NCBI GenBank assembly: GCA_026936335.1
Contig: JAPMXV010000029.1
Location: forward strand, 620,001-684,000
Reading direction: 5' to 3'
Origin: Mantamonas sphyraenae STR306
Lineage: Eukaryota > Protista > CRuMs
Length of the DNA: 64,000 nt
Made by a program: the position numbers and the translations under genes. Shown here piece after piece: positions 47,501 through 58,310 of this stretch. The notes under the pieces are model-generated. The model worked only from the letters and a program-made list of their open reading frames with translations. It did no database searches and was not told the DNA's origin. Position 1 is the first letter of the stretch, and each line of letters starts with the position of its first letter.

Positions 47501-47959
47501 CACGGTTTGACGACGCGTGCGTGCCTGCGTCGTCGCCGTCGTCGACGTCGTCGTCGTCGTTGTACCCTCTCCCTTCTCTGATCCTCCATTCGCTTGCTTG
47601 TACTTCTTGCCCTGCTTCTGCGTGCCGGCACTCGAGCCCGAGCGTCCATCGCCCACCACCATGCTTGTAGTCAGGTCCGCCAGCGAGCCCTGTGGATGGT
47701 GGAGTGCTGCTGTCTCCACCCCACTGCGCACAGGCTTCATTTGCATGGACGGCACACGGCCCTTTTGCGCCACTTTGCCCTCCAGCTCTCGTTGGAAGAC
47801 GGTCTTTTTGCGTCCGCGTTTCGGCGGAGCAGCCGCAATCAGCCGCTCTACGTCTGCCCGCTCCACATCAATGCCCCGCTCCACCTCCTCTGTGATTGGG
47901 TTGGTGTTCATTTCTTGGTCGTCATCTGTGTCTTCCATGGCGACGTACGGGGTGGCCAT
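44549..47959 (-). CDS. Uncharacterised 1136-aa type II membrane protein with a long beta-rich ectodomain and a small Cys-rich C-terminal module
   Basis: Intronless ORF; single TM VCWSVAFVVMLAFAGMVLALI; internal repeat G.W...FG; C-terminal CITNSQCGGDTPLC...CVSSCPSG...GCW. Confidence 0.7.
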   Translation of the reverse strand: MATPYVAMEDTDDDQEMNTNPITEEVERGIDVERADVERLIAAAPPKRGRKKTVFQRELEGKVAQKGRVPSMQMKPVRSGVETAALHHPQGSLADLTTSMVVGDGRSGSSAGTQKQGKKYKQANGGSEKGEGTTTTTTSTTATTQARTRRQTVFRDDSQEENALVRCLVFARLRQSEYEKAMGMKDTTLLGRYRQMPPKEKRVCWSVAFVVMLAFAGMVLALIPAAPTPPGRVLDRFANDLLNSEGNFELNQTTLAANPSLLEVLQTGLGVADVVLVPSSITQDAKAPVRTDSPGGNAGETSSGRMAAEAVAEMGMWSGRRTLLQTGSSKKTSISINEDTRSLVITGKLDGQTVAGLRNAHAVLYLFFEGSVQQFSLESVQLVLLLDLEVDYRPGMHLPSIKRLQSLDWLSHLNFTGQGHLAISSSDAFASSQLPNLRVAKGLNIEGSVRIRSADLLSRLAPLLSSSGRAEVGADFRGVFPHKQPEKQQFALALTDPTYAVVQRNVNMTQLQVHIVMLGSEERLPRFRVDFSALTQLRLPRNPPLDVSVYGSVDTRARRFTVTGELKDGWKAPFGLTWLSMGATTFHAEVAPGIHKVNLTSSLTLSIKNTQPQTLRVYAKVDNGELILLGNGLTLNSLADTVQDLVAPNAPDLSSQIDVPALPVSFVFSTADSGNITQGPGMPDYVVQRRGFGIFSKAGKGALVQRINELFKRPVLDFQADAFLPLFDNDQLGSANLGRFEANFEVALRTGEFDLTDRVRMLGLNVATRPLVRPPTLQASVGVRVTLENGDVLIFRVGGQVGTGYVRVGGSMLGTWHDAFGVDGFDLSDVALEIELSPAGITGFGFASTFTFGDRTVVQLRTVISGADVTNMYFAAKVQNLGFDELAQFYNRLAPDKHAGLPRIDLSKVDSIFELETLDVHIAPRDGVLQGLAYKKGFRFACNGTLFGARIAASVESESRALVVAGRSITGTDLRLSFDMRFSLVDFVNGLISLVNEIAPFDIDLIDQELDANGVPVIKKNDIVSLDRIAVADMSLMDMAQGTFPELTLEFTLVGQKRVVTSRVDFSKLKLKNVLSLLKDSLKIGDLIRGTFCITNSQCGGDTPLCNHRANPWVCVSSCPSGSVSVGSTGCWKKLF

Positions 47960-47969
47960 GGGGTCACGA

Positions 47970-48695
47970 TTAGTACGACGACTTGGCTTTGCCCGACACG
48001 CGCGTCACCGGTGTCGCCATTGAATAGCAGCCGTGCTCAGAGAACAGCCACGCATGCAGCTCAGCCAACGAGTGCACCCTTTCCTTTGTGCCAGCCAGAT
48101 GCGCCAGAGACGCCGCTTCCCGTTTGCGTCTTTCTTCCAGGGCCTCCTCGTCGTCCATCTCGTCTGCAGATGCTGTAAAGGACAGTGTGTACGTTTGTAA
48201 AGGTGTGTTGTGCTGATGCGTGGCCCATGGGAGTGAAAACACCCACTCAAAGATGGCCTGGGTGCGAGGCAAGTGAAAGTCACTTGTGATCACGTGCAGT
48301 GTGCGCCAACCACGCAGCTCTGTGTGCATCAAGCGCAGGAAGAATGCGTTGCCAATGGTGTCGTAGGACACCCATTCGGTGAGGATCTGTTCAGCCGGCA
48401 CGCCGCCCTTGATCAGATACTCTGCACTTGCCGTCGCCTCAAACACGGGATACCCGTCCTCGTTCAGATGGTTAGGCTTGTGTGCCGTGCCTGCAGACAG
48501 AGTAATCACCCACACCGTCCCAGAATGCGATCCGTCCAGTTCTGCAAACAGAGCAAGGGCTGCGTCGCAGCGTGCTTGTGTCCACGGTGGCAACTCGCCC
48601 TCTTCATTCTGTGCACCTCCCCCAGGCACCACAATGCACACATCGTCCTCCTCGGCTCCACTCGACTCCTCCTCTTTGTCCACGACCGACGACAT
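47970..48695 (-). CDS. DUF218 (YdcF/ElyC/SanA-like) protein
   Basis: IVVPGGG, ARCDAALAL, EATASAEYLIKGGVP, SYDTIGNA, VITSDFHLPR. Confidence 0.88.
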   Translation of the reverse strand: MSSVVDKEEESSGAEEDDVCIVVPGGGAQNEEGELPPWTQARCDAALALFAELDGSHSGTVWVITLSAGTAHKPNHLNEDGYPVFEATASAEYLIKGGVPAEQILTEWVSYDTIGNAFFLRLMHTELRGWRTLHVITSDFHLPRTQAIFEWVFSLPWATHQHNTPLQTYTLSFTASADEMDDEEALEERRKREAASLAHLAGTKERVHSLAELHAWLFSEHGCYSMATPVTRVSGKAKSSY

Positions 48696-48744
48696 GCTCG
48701 TTCCCTTGGGCCGACGGGCGCTGCTGCCCAGCCCAGCTTCCTCC

Positions 48745-49504
48745 TCACTCCCCTTCCTGGATCGCCTGTGCCAGGTCAGGGTGCTCGTAGTCCACCCACT
48801 CCATCCATGAGCCTTCATAGTTGCTGATATGGTCAAATCCCAATCCCTTGAGGATCGATCCAGCCGCCTCGGATCGCATGCCTGAGCGGCAGTACGTGAT
48901 GATCCGCTGATCTGCGCTCGGCTTTGCGAACCCAAACACGGTGGCAAACTTTTCATCATCCATTCCCATAGCCTCTTCGAGAACAGACACTGTGCCGGAA
49001 GGGGGACCGGGAGTGTGCGTGTGTCAGAGTGTGCGTGTATGCGCGCCAGAGGGAAAAAGTCAAGCTCTCTGCGTCCGCGCTGCAGAACCCACGTGGCACA
49101 TTGTGGGCAGAAAAGATCATGCCCGATGCAGTTTCGTCGTACTCGCGTACGTCCAGGAGTACATAGTCACCCTTGTTCTCCTTGAGCAACTGCTCCAACT
49201 GTTGCATGGACATCACTGGCACCTCCACGTCGGCCTTGACCTCACTGCTCGTGTGGAAGGAGTGACGAGAGACAATGCCCACCGTGGTCCGTGTATCTGT
49301 GGTCCCCCATCCACTGGTCGTGCTGCTCGTCCTCGCCACTGCGTGCTGCATGGTGCACTCTGCAACACTCGCAAGGCCTCGACCAGCCCCCATCTGCTGC
49401 ACGCTGCTACGGATCCCAGGGACAACGCTTGCAACTCGCTGTGTGTTGCCCCAAATGCGAGCAGACACCGTACACCAGGAACGCAATCCCAAGCGACGAC
49501 TCAT
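48745..49504 (-). CDS. Single-domain rhodanese/thiosulfate sulfurtransferase with a probable mitochondrial presequence; 1 intron (49092-48990)
   Basis: LLDVREYDE..SGMI..AHNVPL, catalytic loop YCRSGMRS, YEGSWMEW; Arg/Ser-rich, acid-poor N-terminus. Confidence 0.9.
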
Positions 49505-49534
49505 TGTTGGACAAATTTGGTTTTGTTTGCAGGT

Positions 49535-50232
49535 TCAGGGCGCTTCGCCTTCCGGATCCTCGCCCCGACACCACAGTGCGCGCATAAGCTCCACAAATGT
49601 GTCTCCGTGCATGACCGCAAATGCTTCCTTCAGAATCAATTCGTTGGGTGTCGGCTGGGACAGGAGGTACGTCAACATCTGCTCGCGCACTGAGTCACGC
49701 TCTGCCGACGCCGGCCACGTCACCAGCACGTTGAGCAGATACAGTGCCAGACGAGTGTTCAGATTGGCCTCCAGCTGTGCACGGCAGTTTTCAAACAGTC
49801 CATTCACCTCGCGGTAGTACGCACTGGCCTGCATCAGCATCAAGGTCTCGTTGAGGCCCATGCTTCGGGTCGACCCCGAGTACAGGAAGCGCAGGAATGG
49901 ATAGTACGCCTCGATGTCTGTAAAGTCCTGTGCATCCACATGCAGCCTGCCCTCTTGGCTTTCCTTGAAATCAGACGAAAGCATCATCGCAAAGTACGGT
50001 GACCGTGCACATAGCATCGCACGGTGCACCTTCAGCTCCCCGTTCTCCAATTCCACCACAAAGTCGGGCTTCGCCAACTCCTCCACCCCTTGCAAATGCC
50101 TCGTTGAAGCCTCCACCTGCCTTTTCCATGCTTGTGTGTTTGACTTGGGCGTTGTCATGCCTGTTTCAGCATCTCTCCACACATGCGCCTCTGCGGTCCC
50201 GCCAACCTCCTCCTCCCCGTCCTGCACGACGC

Positions 50233-50270
<38 letters not shown>

Positions 50271-52675
50271 TCCATCGGAGCCCCACTGGGTCCCACCACC
50301 CTCGGTGTGGCGTTATCTCGGTCTCCGTACACGGACAGCATCGATCGTGGTTGGCTGCCCCGCCTGGCACTGCCGCTGCCGCTGCTGTTGCCAGCACTCT
50401 CGGTTGTCTCCAGGGCTCGCAATGGAGTCAAGAGACCATCCGTGTCGTTTTGCTCTGGAACATCATTGTGGGCCAGCAGCAGGGCCAAAAGGTCATCCTG
50501 CAGGGTTGCGCTTGGCACGCGCACGTTGGGATACTTTGGCTTCACGTCGCCGTCTGCCAACGAGCGCAGGATGGTCACCAGCACGTCGTGGCGCAGGTTG
50601 TGCAGCTCTTCGCTGTACCGGCCCACCAGCTGCTGGTATTTGGAAATGACAATCTGCACGCAAAGATCTTCCAGCAGTTGCCATTGGTGGAACGTGGCGT
50701 CGTTTGCGGCGCAAAGAATGGGCAGCAGCAGAGGCATCCTCAGACGAAGCAGAATCTGTTTCAGTACCAAAGTGGCCAGCCTTTCCAATTCCAACCGTGC
50801 AGCAATGTCCATCGTGCATAGCAGCACCGCCATGTGCTCGTGCTCGCCTGTCTCCTCGCCCATCGGCGTCACCAGAGCGTCTGTGTACACATGGTTCATC
50901 ACCGTAGTCATGGCAGAGCGCACTACCCGCTTCAGAAGCACCTCTGCCGATGCTTCGCTTGAACCGGCAGCCAACAGCTGCTTCACGCTCAGCCGCATTT
51001 TCAGCGCCTCGCTCAAATCCACCACGTTTGGCTGTCCCCCATCTTGGCCGCTGTAGTCCGACGCTATTGTGTGCATCACCATGAGTGCCAGCTCCCTGCA
51101 TCGTGTTGCAATCACACATCGGTGTGCCTGGAACTCCCATCCGTAGAACACCAGTTTCACGTCGGCCATGTCTCCATCACCGCAAAGGCGGAACATGTCG
51201 TTCGCCAGCCGTTCAGCACCAGCCGGACACCCGATTGCCCCGTTGGCCGCTAGCGGTGTCGACTCGTCGGCGTCTTCGTCTTCGGGCAGCAGGGGCAGAT
51301 TCGTGCTCAGCTGATAGCACGAGTTCATCCACATCACACCATTGTATCCGCACAGTACATACACCTTTCCGTTGCAGCTTGTGGCTGCATGCGAGCACCG
51401 TTGCGACGGGATTGCCCCAAGCACCTCGCGCGTCCGCAGCCATCGTCCTTGCTGTGTGTCCAGGATGTGTGTGTCGTTCACATACTCACGACCGGAGAAT
51501 CCGCCGATGATCAACAGGTACTTGCCCATGCGCGACGCTGAATGGTATGCTCGTCCAAGTGGGAGCATTCCGGACTCCCTGCTCGATGCGTCGTTGTCCT
51601 CTGCCCCTCGTGCCACCTCGGCGTCTGTGCCCATGTTCCCAATCACATTGTTGCTGTTGTTGCTGTTGCTGCTGCTGCTGCTACTGCTTGTCTTGTCTCC
51701 TTCGGCGTCGTCTTCACGTGTAGTTTTCGGTTCCAACAACGACCACTTGGCTGTGCGAGTGTCCAACACATGCACATCGCCCAAGTACCTGTGTCTGTGG
51801 TCGTATCCACCGACAATGTACACTCTCTCGTCGATCACTGTCGCCGAGTGGCCCTGCCGCGGGCTCGGCGGCGACCCCGTGGTTTCCAGCCGCTCCCAAC
51901 GGCCACGCACAATGTTACCACTCTCGTCATCCACTTCACAGTACAACACGTGTGTGTCGTTGCACTTTGCGTTGCCGTCAAAGCCCCCGAACAGGTACAG
52001 CCGATCGCCCACAGCCGAAGCAGAATGGTACCCACGCGGCGCAGGCAACTCGCCTTCCAGCGGAACCGTCCTCCACGTCACTGTCCGAAAGTCGCACACA
52101 TGCAGGTCGTTGTAATATACGTGGCCATCGAATCCACCAAACAGCAGCAGGTCGTTTGCAATCACTGGAAAGTCGTTTGGAATCCGCGAGCGGCCTCTGC
52201 GACGTTGTCCGCCACCCCCTCGCGTCAGTCCCTGCCCTCTCATGCACGGGCACACCTGCTCCCTCACGCCTTCTCCTCCTTCCCTCGTTTTGCTCTATTG
52301 CTCACAACGTACGGTGGCGAGATCCCGCGCATTTCCGGTGACGACCAGGTGTTGTCCGTTGTGTCCAGCACCTGCAAATGGCAACCGGTGGCGCGTCAGT
52401 TCCAGCTCCATGACTCCCCGCTGATCTTGGTCAAGCGCCTGCAAATGCGCACCTCTCCCAACACCCATGCTTGTGGCACCCCTTCTCTCACATACCAGAA
52501 AGTCTGCCATCCGTTTGATGCCATCATACCCTCCAAAAATGTACAGTTTGTTGTCCACCCTCGCACACGCCTGTCCTGCTCGCGCAGACACACTCTCCTC
52601 CTCCACCAGCAGTGGTTCCCACTCTTGCACCACGTCTGCCGGCCCCAAGAAAGGATACTCCAGAGTCAGGTCCAT
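49535..52675 (-). CDS. Kelch-repeat + two BTB domain protein (LZTR1-like architecture); 2 introns near the 5' end
   Basis: Six Kelch blades (PRGYHSA..LYLFGGFDG etc.); BTB1 ADVKLVF..FQAHRCVIATRC; BTB2 PDFVVEL..LKVHRAMLCARSPYF..FKES. Confidence 0.88.
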
Positions 52676-52703
52676 GTTCTCTTGCCTCCTCCAGCGTCAA
52701 TCG

Positions 52704-54859
52704 TCAGTCGTCAAAGTCGCCGCTGCTGTACTCTGCCAACTCCAAATCCTCCTCCTTCCCCGACGAGGAAGAAGATGTGAGAGTGCTGCTACTCGTGCTG
52801 CTCGATGTTGAAGCTCCCGTGGCCTCCCATCTGCTCTTGATCGTCGTTCCTTCCCTGCCACCATTCCCGTTCCCTTCCTGTTCACGAGCACGCACCTCAA
52901 TTGTCATGGGCACCACACTCTGCTCCTGTTCTGTTGATTTCCTCGCGTCCACCTCCTGCTGCAGCTTGGCGAGCTGCTCCCGTTGCCAAGCCGACGGCGT
53001 TCCGGCCGTGTCCAGTTTCCTCGACACCGCTCGAGGTGACCATAGCTGCGACTCGGCCACCTTGGTTCCTCCTTGGCTCCTCTTTGAGTTGTCACGCAGG
53101 CTTTCAATGGATGTGCTCCCCGAAACCTCCTCATGCGTGTCGTTCGGCCCTCCATTCTCCTTGCCACCAACAACCTCGTCCATCGACAAGCTCAGCAGCG
53201 ACATGGTTGCCAGACGAGTCAACAGTGACCTCGATCCCTCTTCTGCTTGCGCTGCCCCCTGCAGCGCCATCAGCTCCTGGATGCCATCCAGCATCTTGCT
53301 TTGCTCCGCCTTGGGATTGTCTGCAAGCGTGTCCTCTGCAAAGCGAATCCATGCGTCCAAGTCCTCCTTGGGTAGCTGCAACAGCTTTTTCATCGCCTGA
53401 AGCTGTTTCACTGTTTGCAAAACATCCACCAGGGACGCCTTGGGAGCCGCTGCTGCTTGCTTGTCCTTCTTCTTCCGCCGTCCCCTCTTGCCCGGTGTGC
53501 CCACACTGGCTCTTGATGACCCTGGAGTCGAAAACGGAGAAGCCACACTTCCCAAAGGTCGCACAAAACTGCTGCGCTTTCCCGCGGATGTCGGTGTCTT
53601 GGGTGTGCCCGGAATCTGTGGCGACTCCGATCTCCGAGCTCCCCATCCCGACAGCTCCTCCTTCTTGCCTCCAGCCCTTCCCTTCGAAGTGCCCACTTTT
53701 CGTGCTGCCTTTCGCCTCCTCGGCCGCTTGCGTTTGCTGTGTGCACCCTTGCCCTTTGCCGAAGCTTTCAGCTCCTGGTCTCGGAGATACGCCAACTCCT
53801 GCAGCAGTGCGTCCACCACACGCGTCTTTTCTGCTGCCTTGCTGCTTTTACCCTTGCTGTCCTCCTTTTGTCCCGCTCCGTCGTCATCATGATGACCCTC
53901 ATCCTCCGCATCCGTCGTTCCGCTTCCGGATCCCACATTTGCATCCCTGCGGTGATGGTGGAAGAACAGAGCTGGAGGACCGTCCACATCGCCAGCATCT
54001 CTACTGGAGGATGCATTCTGATGTGTCTTTTCCTGTTCAACCACGGCTGCTGCTGCTGCTTGGGACACCTGTGTCAACTCTTTCTCCAGCTGTTCGTCCA
54101 CCAGCAACTGCACGTCATTGCTCGCACTCGCACGAGACGGCGTAGACGCTGCACTCATTACGTCGCCTTCATCAGACGTGGAGGTCGTCTGTTGTGGCAT
54201 CACCATTCCACTGCTGCTGCTTGCCCCACCACTGCGCTTCTTCTGAAGCTCAGCCTGAAGTCCTTGCTGGTCAAAGTGCGCCGCCATGGAGGCCCCCAAG
54301 CGGCTCAATCGCAACTGAAGCACCGTCTCAGCCACTCGGTTTCCCATGAGGTCAAACAGCGGCAGTGATCCCGTCAGCAAACCCTCGCGTGTCTCCGCTG
54401 CGCTTTGCGCCAACGAGCGCAGCGACACGCTCGCAGACCCCAGCAGCTTCACATCCTCCAAATGTTTCAGGTCGCACAGCAGGACAAACAAAGGAGTGGA
54501 TCCCAGTGCCTCCAGCATGCTTTCCACCGTCATGCGAAAGACGCACGACTTGCCACGAGAAAACTCCCATGTCCGTTGGCCGTCCTGCGTCTCCTTCGCC
54601 CGCAGCTGGTCTCGCTGCAGAATGTTCACCACAGGGTAGTCCAGAAATCGGAACGACACACTCGGCAGCGCACACTGTACGCTGCCCACCACTCGTGTGC
54701 AGAACACCTCCAGTGCGAATCTGCGCGCCAAAAATCCGTCCCGTGTCCCCAACCACCCTCAGTGTCAGCAGATGCGCTGTCATACTTGGTTGCGAATACT
54801 GCTGCATCCATGTTGCATTTCTCATTGCCCTTGTGCCTCACTCACAGCTCTTCCGTCAT
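52704..54859 (-). CDS. MAP10/KIAA1383-like protein (N-terminal C2-like domain); 14-nt first coding exon
   Basis: Spliced start MTEELFALEVF; PSVSFRFLDYP, FSRGKSCVF, TPLFVLL, LLGSASVSL, LFDLMGNRV. These motifs are recalled as MAP10-family features. Confidence 0.7.
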
Positions 54860-54920
54860 TCCCTTCAGGAAAGTTGTTTTGCCCTTCTCGGCGCCGCTGT
54901 GCGCTGCGCATTGGGCTTGC

Positions 54921-56768
54921 TCACATGATGCTGATGCTCTCTGTCAGAGACAACGACTCGCTGCGGTTTTCCATGCTGCGCAGTGACAGCGAGACCGAAG
55001 CCTTGCGTTCCAGCACAAACGCCTCATGCTTCGCAAGCACTGCTTCTTTGCTGGCAAACACATCCAACACGGCTGCAAAGTACTCGTCCGTGAGACTCTC
55101 CAGCTCGTAGCGAACCTGTGCGTCCATGGCATTGCTGTTGATACTGCTGCTGTTGTGACTTCCACCCAGCGGCTGTGGGTCCTGGAGAAAGTCTTCGGCA
55201 AACGCTGTGCGGTTGGCCTCCAGTGCCGCTAGGAACTCGTCACGAGAGTTGGCCAGCTGCAGCATGCCTTCCAAGAACCCGAGCTGTAGCGACAGCGCCC
55301 CTTGCTCGCCAATGTCGTACTGGCGGTGAAACTTGATCCACTGCCGCAGCATCAGGAACGCGTCACTCTGCGATTCGGCATGGCTGATCACATCGTCGAT
55401 GCTTTCCTCCACACGCGTAAGGTACGTCTCCAGCGTGGGCACCCCTTTGACCATCTCTGCAAGTGCTTCCGAATCCTCTCCGTTCAACACCTGCTCCAGT
55501 TGGCTCAGTTCCGTTTGCAATCCCTCCACATGCATGTTCATCGTACGCATTGCTTTGTGGATGCGATGGCTCCGCACTGCCACCTCATGCTTTTTTGCCA
55601 CGCGTGACCCCTCTCCGTTTGCCACACGTGCCATCAGCGCCTCCACTGCTGGCTCAAGATCAGCCACAATCGCCGTCAGGTTCTCATGCAGATCCCAACA
55701 CACTTGCAGCAGCTCCGCATCGTTGTTCACCTCTGTTCCAAACCGAGCCAGGTTCCATCGCCGCTGCACTTTGTGCATCGCTTCTGCTTGGAAGCACAAC
55801 CGCTCCAGGCGTAAGGACACGTCGGTGACAGCCGCACGTGTGGTTACGTACTGCGACACCCAGTCCACCTGAGCCTCCACCAGCTTGGCAGCCGTCACCA
55901 TCCCCCTGCTGTGTTGCAAAGCCTCGTGCATGCGTGGATGATGCTGGTTTAGCGGCCGCAGCGCCTGGTCGATGCCCACCACCTCTCCCTCGCGAAACAT
56001 CATGTTGCCAAAGTTGACGCTGTTGTGTGACCACACACTGCCGAATGCAAACCGGTCAAAGTTGTTGATCAGTACGTCAAACGCTGTAAGGCGTCCCATG
56101 TCCTGCAGAATCTTGTGCCCCTGGGGCGTTATGTCGCCCAGCACTACGTCCAGGGTCATGTTGCAGCTGCTGTCTGAAGATGGGGTCTGGTTTGGGCCTG
56201 CGACGTTGAACTCTTCTTCCACAACGCCCCTGCCGGGACCCAAGTGGCGCTCCAGGTCTGCTTTCATCAAAGTTTCTCCACTGATGGTTTGCATGACCAG
56301 CACACCACCCCACTGTGAGATGTCCACAGCAGACGACAACGCCTCCTGGATGTCTCCAAACTCCACGCTCGACCGCGACAGCACACGTGCCTGCGGTGTC
56401 TCGATGTCAAACAGAGCCGTGAGCAACGACGATGCAAACACCTCCAAGAAGGCCTTGCTGTCCGTGATGCGCTTGACCACCACAGAGCCCTGCTTTGTGA
56501 TGATGCACAAAACACTCGAGTCTGCTTTCAGCGTCATGATGTGCTCTGTGGTCTCCCAATCCACTTGACGAATGTTCTGGATGATGGGAGTGCTCAGAAA
56601 CAGCTCCTTACGCATGGTGCCCAGCTCCTTGTCCTGTTTCGACACCTGTGCTTTCAAAGCCTCCGTCTCCCGCTCCAGCTGCTCCACTTGCCGCTTCAGT
56701 TTGGCCATCTCGATGTCTTTCGGATCGGCCTTGGTCATCATTGGGGGAGGCGGCGGTGCGGAGCTCAT
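54921..56768 (-). CDS. Actin-fragmin-kinase-like atypical kinase with an N-terminal coiled coil
   Basis: VVVK, EVFASSL, TPQARV, LVMQTISG, LQDMGRLTAFDVLINNFDRF...NFGNMMF...VVGIDQ match the AFK catalytic pattern. Confidence 0.75.
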   Translation of the reverse strand: MSSAPPPPPMMTKADPKDIEMAKLKRQVEQLERETEALKAQVSKQDKELGTMRKELFLSTPIIQNIRQVDWETTEHIMTLKADSSVLCIITKQGSVVVKRITDSKAFLEVFASSLLTALFDIETPQARVLSRSSVEFGDIQEALSSAVDISQWGGVLVMQTISGETLMKADLERHLGPGRGVVEEEFNVAGPNQTPSSDSSCNMTLDVVLGDITPQGHKILQDMGRLTAFDVLINNFDRFAFGSVWSHNSVNFGNMMFREGEVVGIDQALRPLNQHHPRMHEALQHSRGMVTAAKLVEAQVDWVSQYVTTRAAVTDVSLRLERLCFQAEAMHKVQRRWNLARFGTEVNNDAELLQVCWDLHENLTAIVADLEPAVEALMARVANGEGSRVAKKHEVAVRSHRIHKAMRTMNMHVEGLQTELSQLEQVLNGEDSEALAEMVKGVPTLETYLTRVEESIDDVISHAESQSDAFLMLRQWIKFHRQYDIGEQGALSLQLGFLEGMLQLANSRDEFLAALEANRTAFAEDFLQDPQPLGGSHNSSSINSNAMDAQVRYELESLTDEYFAAVLDVFASKEAVLAKHEAFVLERKASVSLSLRSMENRSESLSLTESISIM

Positions 56769-56857
56769 CTTTCCGGCGTGTGTGTGCTTGAGGAGGATCA
56801 CGATGTTGCGTGCAACGGCGCGGCGACGGGCCAAACCTCCTGCCACTCGATCACTCG

Positions 56858-58273
56858 ATGCCATCCGCCTGGACCGTCGTCCTGTTGCTATTTCTTGCGG
56901 CTGCGGCTGTGTACATGCACTCTGAAGTGCCGCAGGAGCAGCCCTTGCAGGTTGCGGAGGCGCCGAGGATAGCCACGCCCACCTCGGCCACAGTTCTCCC
57001 CGTGGCGACGCGCCAATGGTCAAAGGAGGATGGATTGGCCCCACTTCGTGAAGCAGCCGCTCCACTGGTGCTTCAAAACACACCGGCGACGCAATGGAAA
57101 GCTACTAGGGCGTGGAGCGCTGACTACCTCTGCAACAAGGTACGACGCTTTCACGACGTCCGAGTGTCCAGCTCGCCTGTGTTTGCCTACTTCAATCGAA
57201 AGCGTGCCATGGCCGAACAGGTGCAATGGCACACTCCGTTCAGATTGCAAACCATGAGCTGCAAGCAGTTCTTCCGGCTGCGCAACGACTCCTCTCCAGA
57301 TGCGTCCAGCGTGTACTATAGCGTTCCCATTGATGAATGGATGCAAGGCAAACTGGCAGGAGATGTGGAACCCCGCACTCCACTGTTGATGCCTCCTGGA
57401 AATCTGGATCTTGCCGCGTTGGGGGTTGAACAAGACCCAGCCGAGAAGATCCAGTCCGACCGCATCCTCTTTGACAATGGAACATGGAACGAAGCGCATC
57501 TGTGGATGGCCTCGGCTAGAGTGGTGGCCCACACGCACTATGACCCGTATTGGAACGTGTTTGTGCAGGTGGAGGGCCACAAGACGATGGAGCTAATCAG
57601 TCCCGAATACCACGAGCACCTGCGTATGTTTCCAGTCCTCCATCCGGCGTACCGCCAGTCTCAGATCATTGTTGCCCAGGGGAACATGGACACACACCTT
57701 CCCAATCAAGTTGTGGTCCATCGAGTACGCCTTGCTCCGGGTGACGTCCTCGTTCTTCCCCCGTACTGGTTCCACCGCGTCCAATCCCACTCCCCGAGCC
57801 TGTCTGTCAACCTGTGGAGTCTTTCAGACACTTACAAGCTGGTGGACCGCACTCGCATCCACCCGCTTCCCTTTGACGAGACCTGGGACCTTGCCCAGCG
57901 AGCCGCTGGCCTTTCCTCTTTCCTGCATGCCATGCTGCTCCACCTTCGGCCTCTGGATCCAAACCATGGCTCCATGACTGCCCAACAGCTCATACGACAC
58001 ACCATCTATGTGCGGTATGCTCCGCTGGCAGACGAATGGCCAGTCAACACCGGTGATTGCACCAGGGCTCCACACCACTCCGTCCAGGCCATTGACCAGG
58101 AGAAACTCACCGCCATGGCTTCCAACCTGGCCCACCTCTTTGCCGCCATTCCAGAGGACGTGCGTGGCATTGCACTCATGGACTGGGTCGAAGAGACTGC
58201 GCTGTGGGTTGCCGCTGGCGACGTGTCCATTCTGCGCACACAAGCCTTCTGCACCCTCCTCAGAGGGGTCTAG
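56858..58273 (+). CDS. JmjC/cupin-8 2-oxoglutarate Fe(II) dioxygenase with an N-terminal signal peptide or anchor
   Basis: LWMA...THYDPYWNVFVQVEGHK and LAPGDVLVLPPYWFHRV (HxD...H triad); hydrophobic WTVVLLLFLAAAAVY. Confidence 0.9.
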   Translation: MPSAWTVVLLLFLAAAAVYMHSEVPQEQPLQVAEAPRIATPTSATVLPVATRQWSKEDGLAPLREAAAPLVLQNTPATQWKATRAWSADYLCNKVRRFHDVRVSSSPVFAYFNRKRAMAEQVQWHTPFRLQTMSCKQFFRLRNDSSPDASSVYYSVPIDEWMQGKLAGDVEPRTPLLMPPGNLDLAALGVEQDPAEKIQSDRILFDNGTWNEAHLWMASARVVAHTHYDPYWNVFVQVEGHKTMELISPEYHEHLRMFPVLHPAYRQSQIIVAQGNMDTHLPNQVVVHRVRLAPGDVLVLPPYWFHRVQSHSPSLSVNLWSLSDTYKLVDRTRIHPLPFDETWDLAQRAAGLSSFLHAMLLHLRPLDPNHGSMTAQQLIRHTIYVRYAPLADEWPVNTGDCTRAPHHSVQAIDQEKLTAMASNLAHLFAAIPEDVRGIALMDWVEETALWVAAGDVSILRTQAFCTLLRGV

Positions 58274-58310
58274 CTGCCAACCAATGTCGCGTGTGGTTGT
58301 TTGTGTCATT

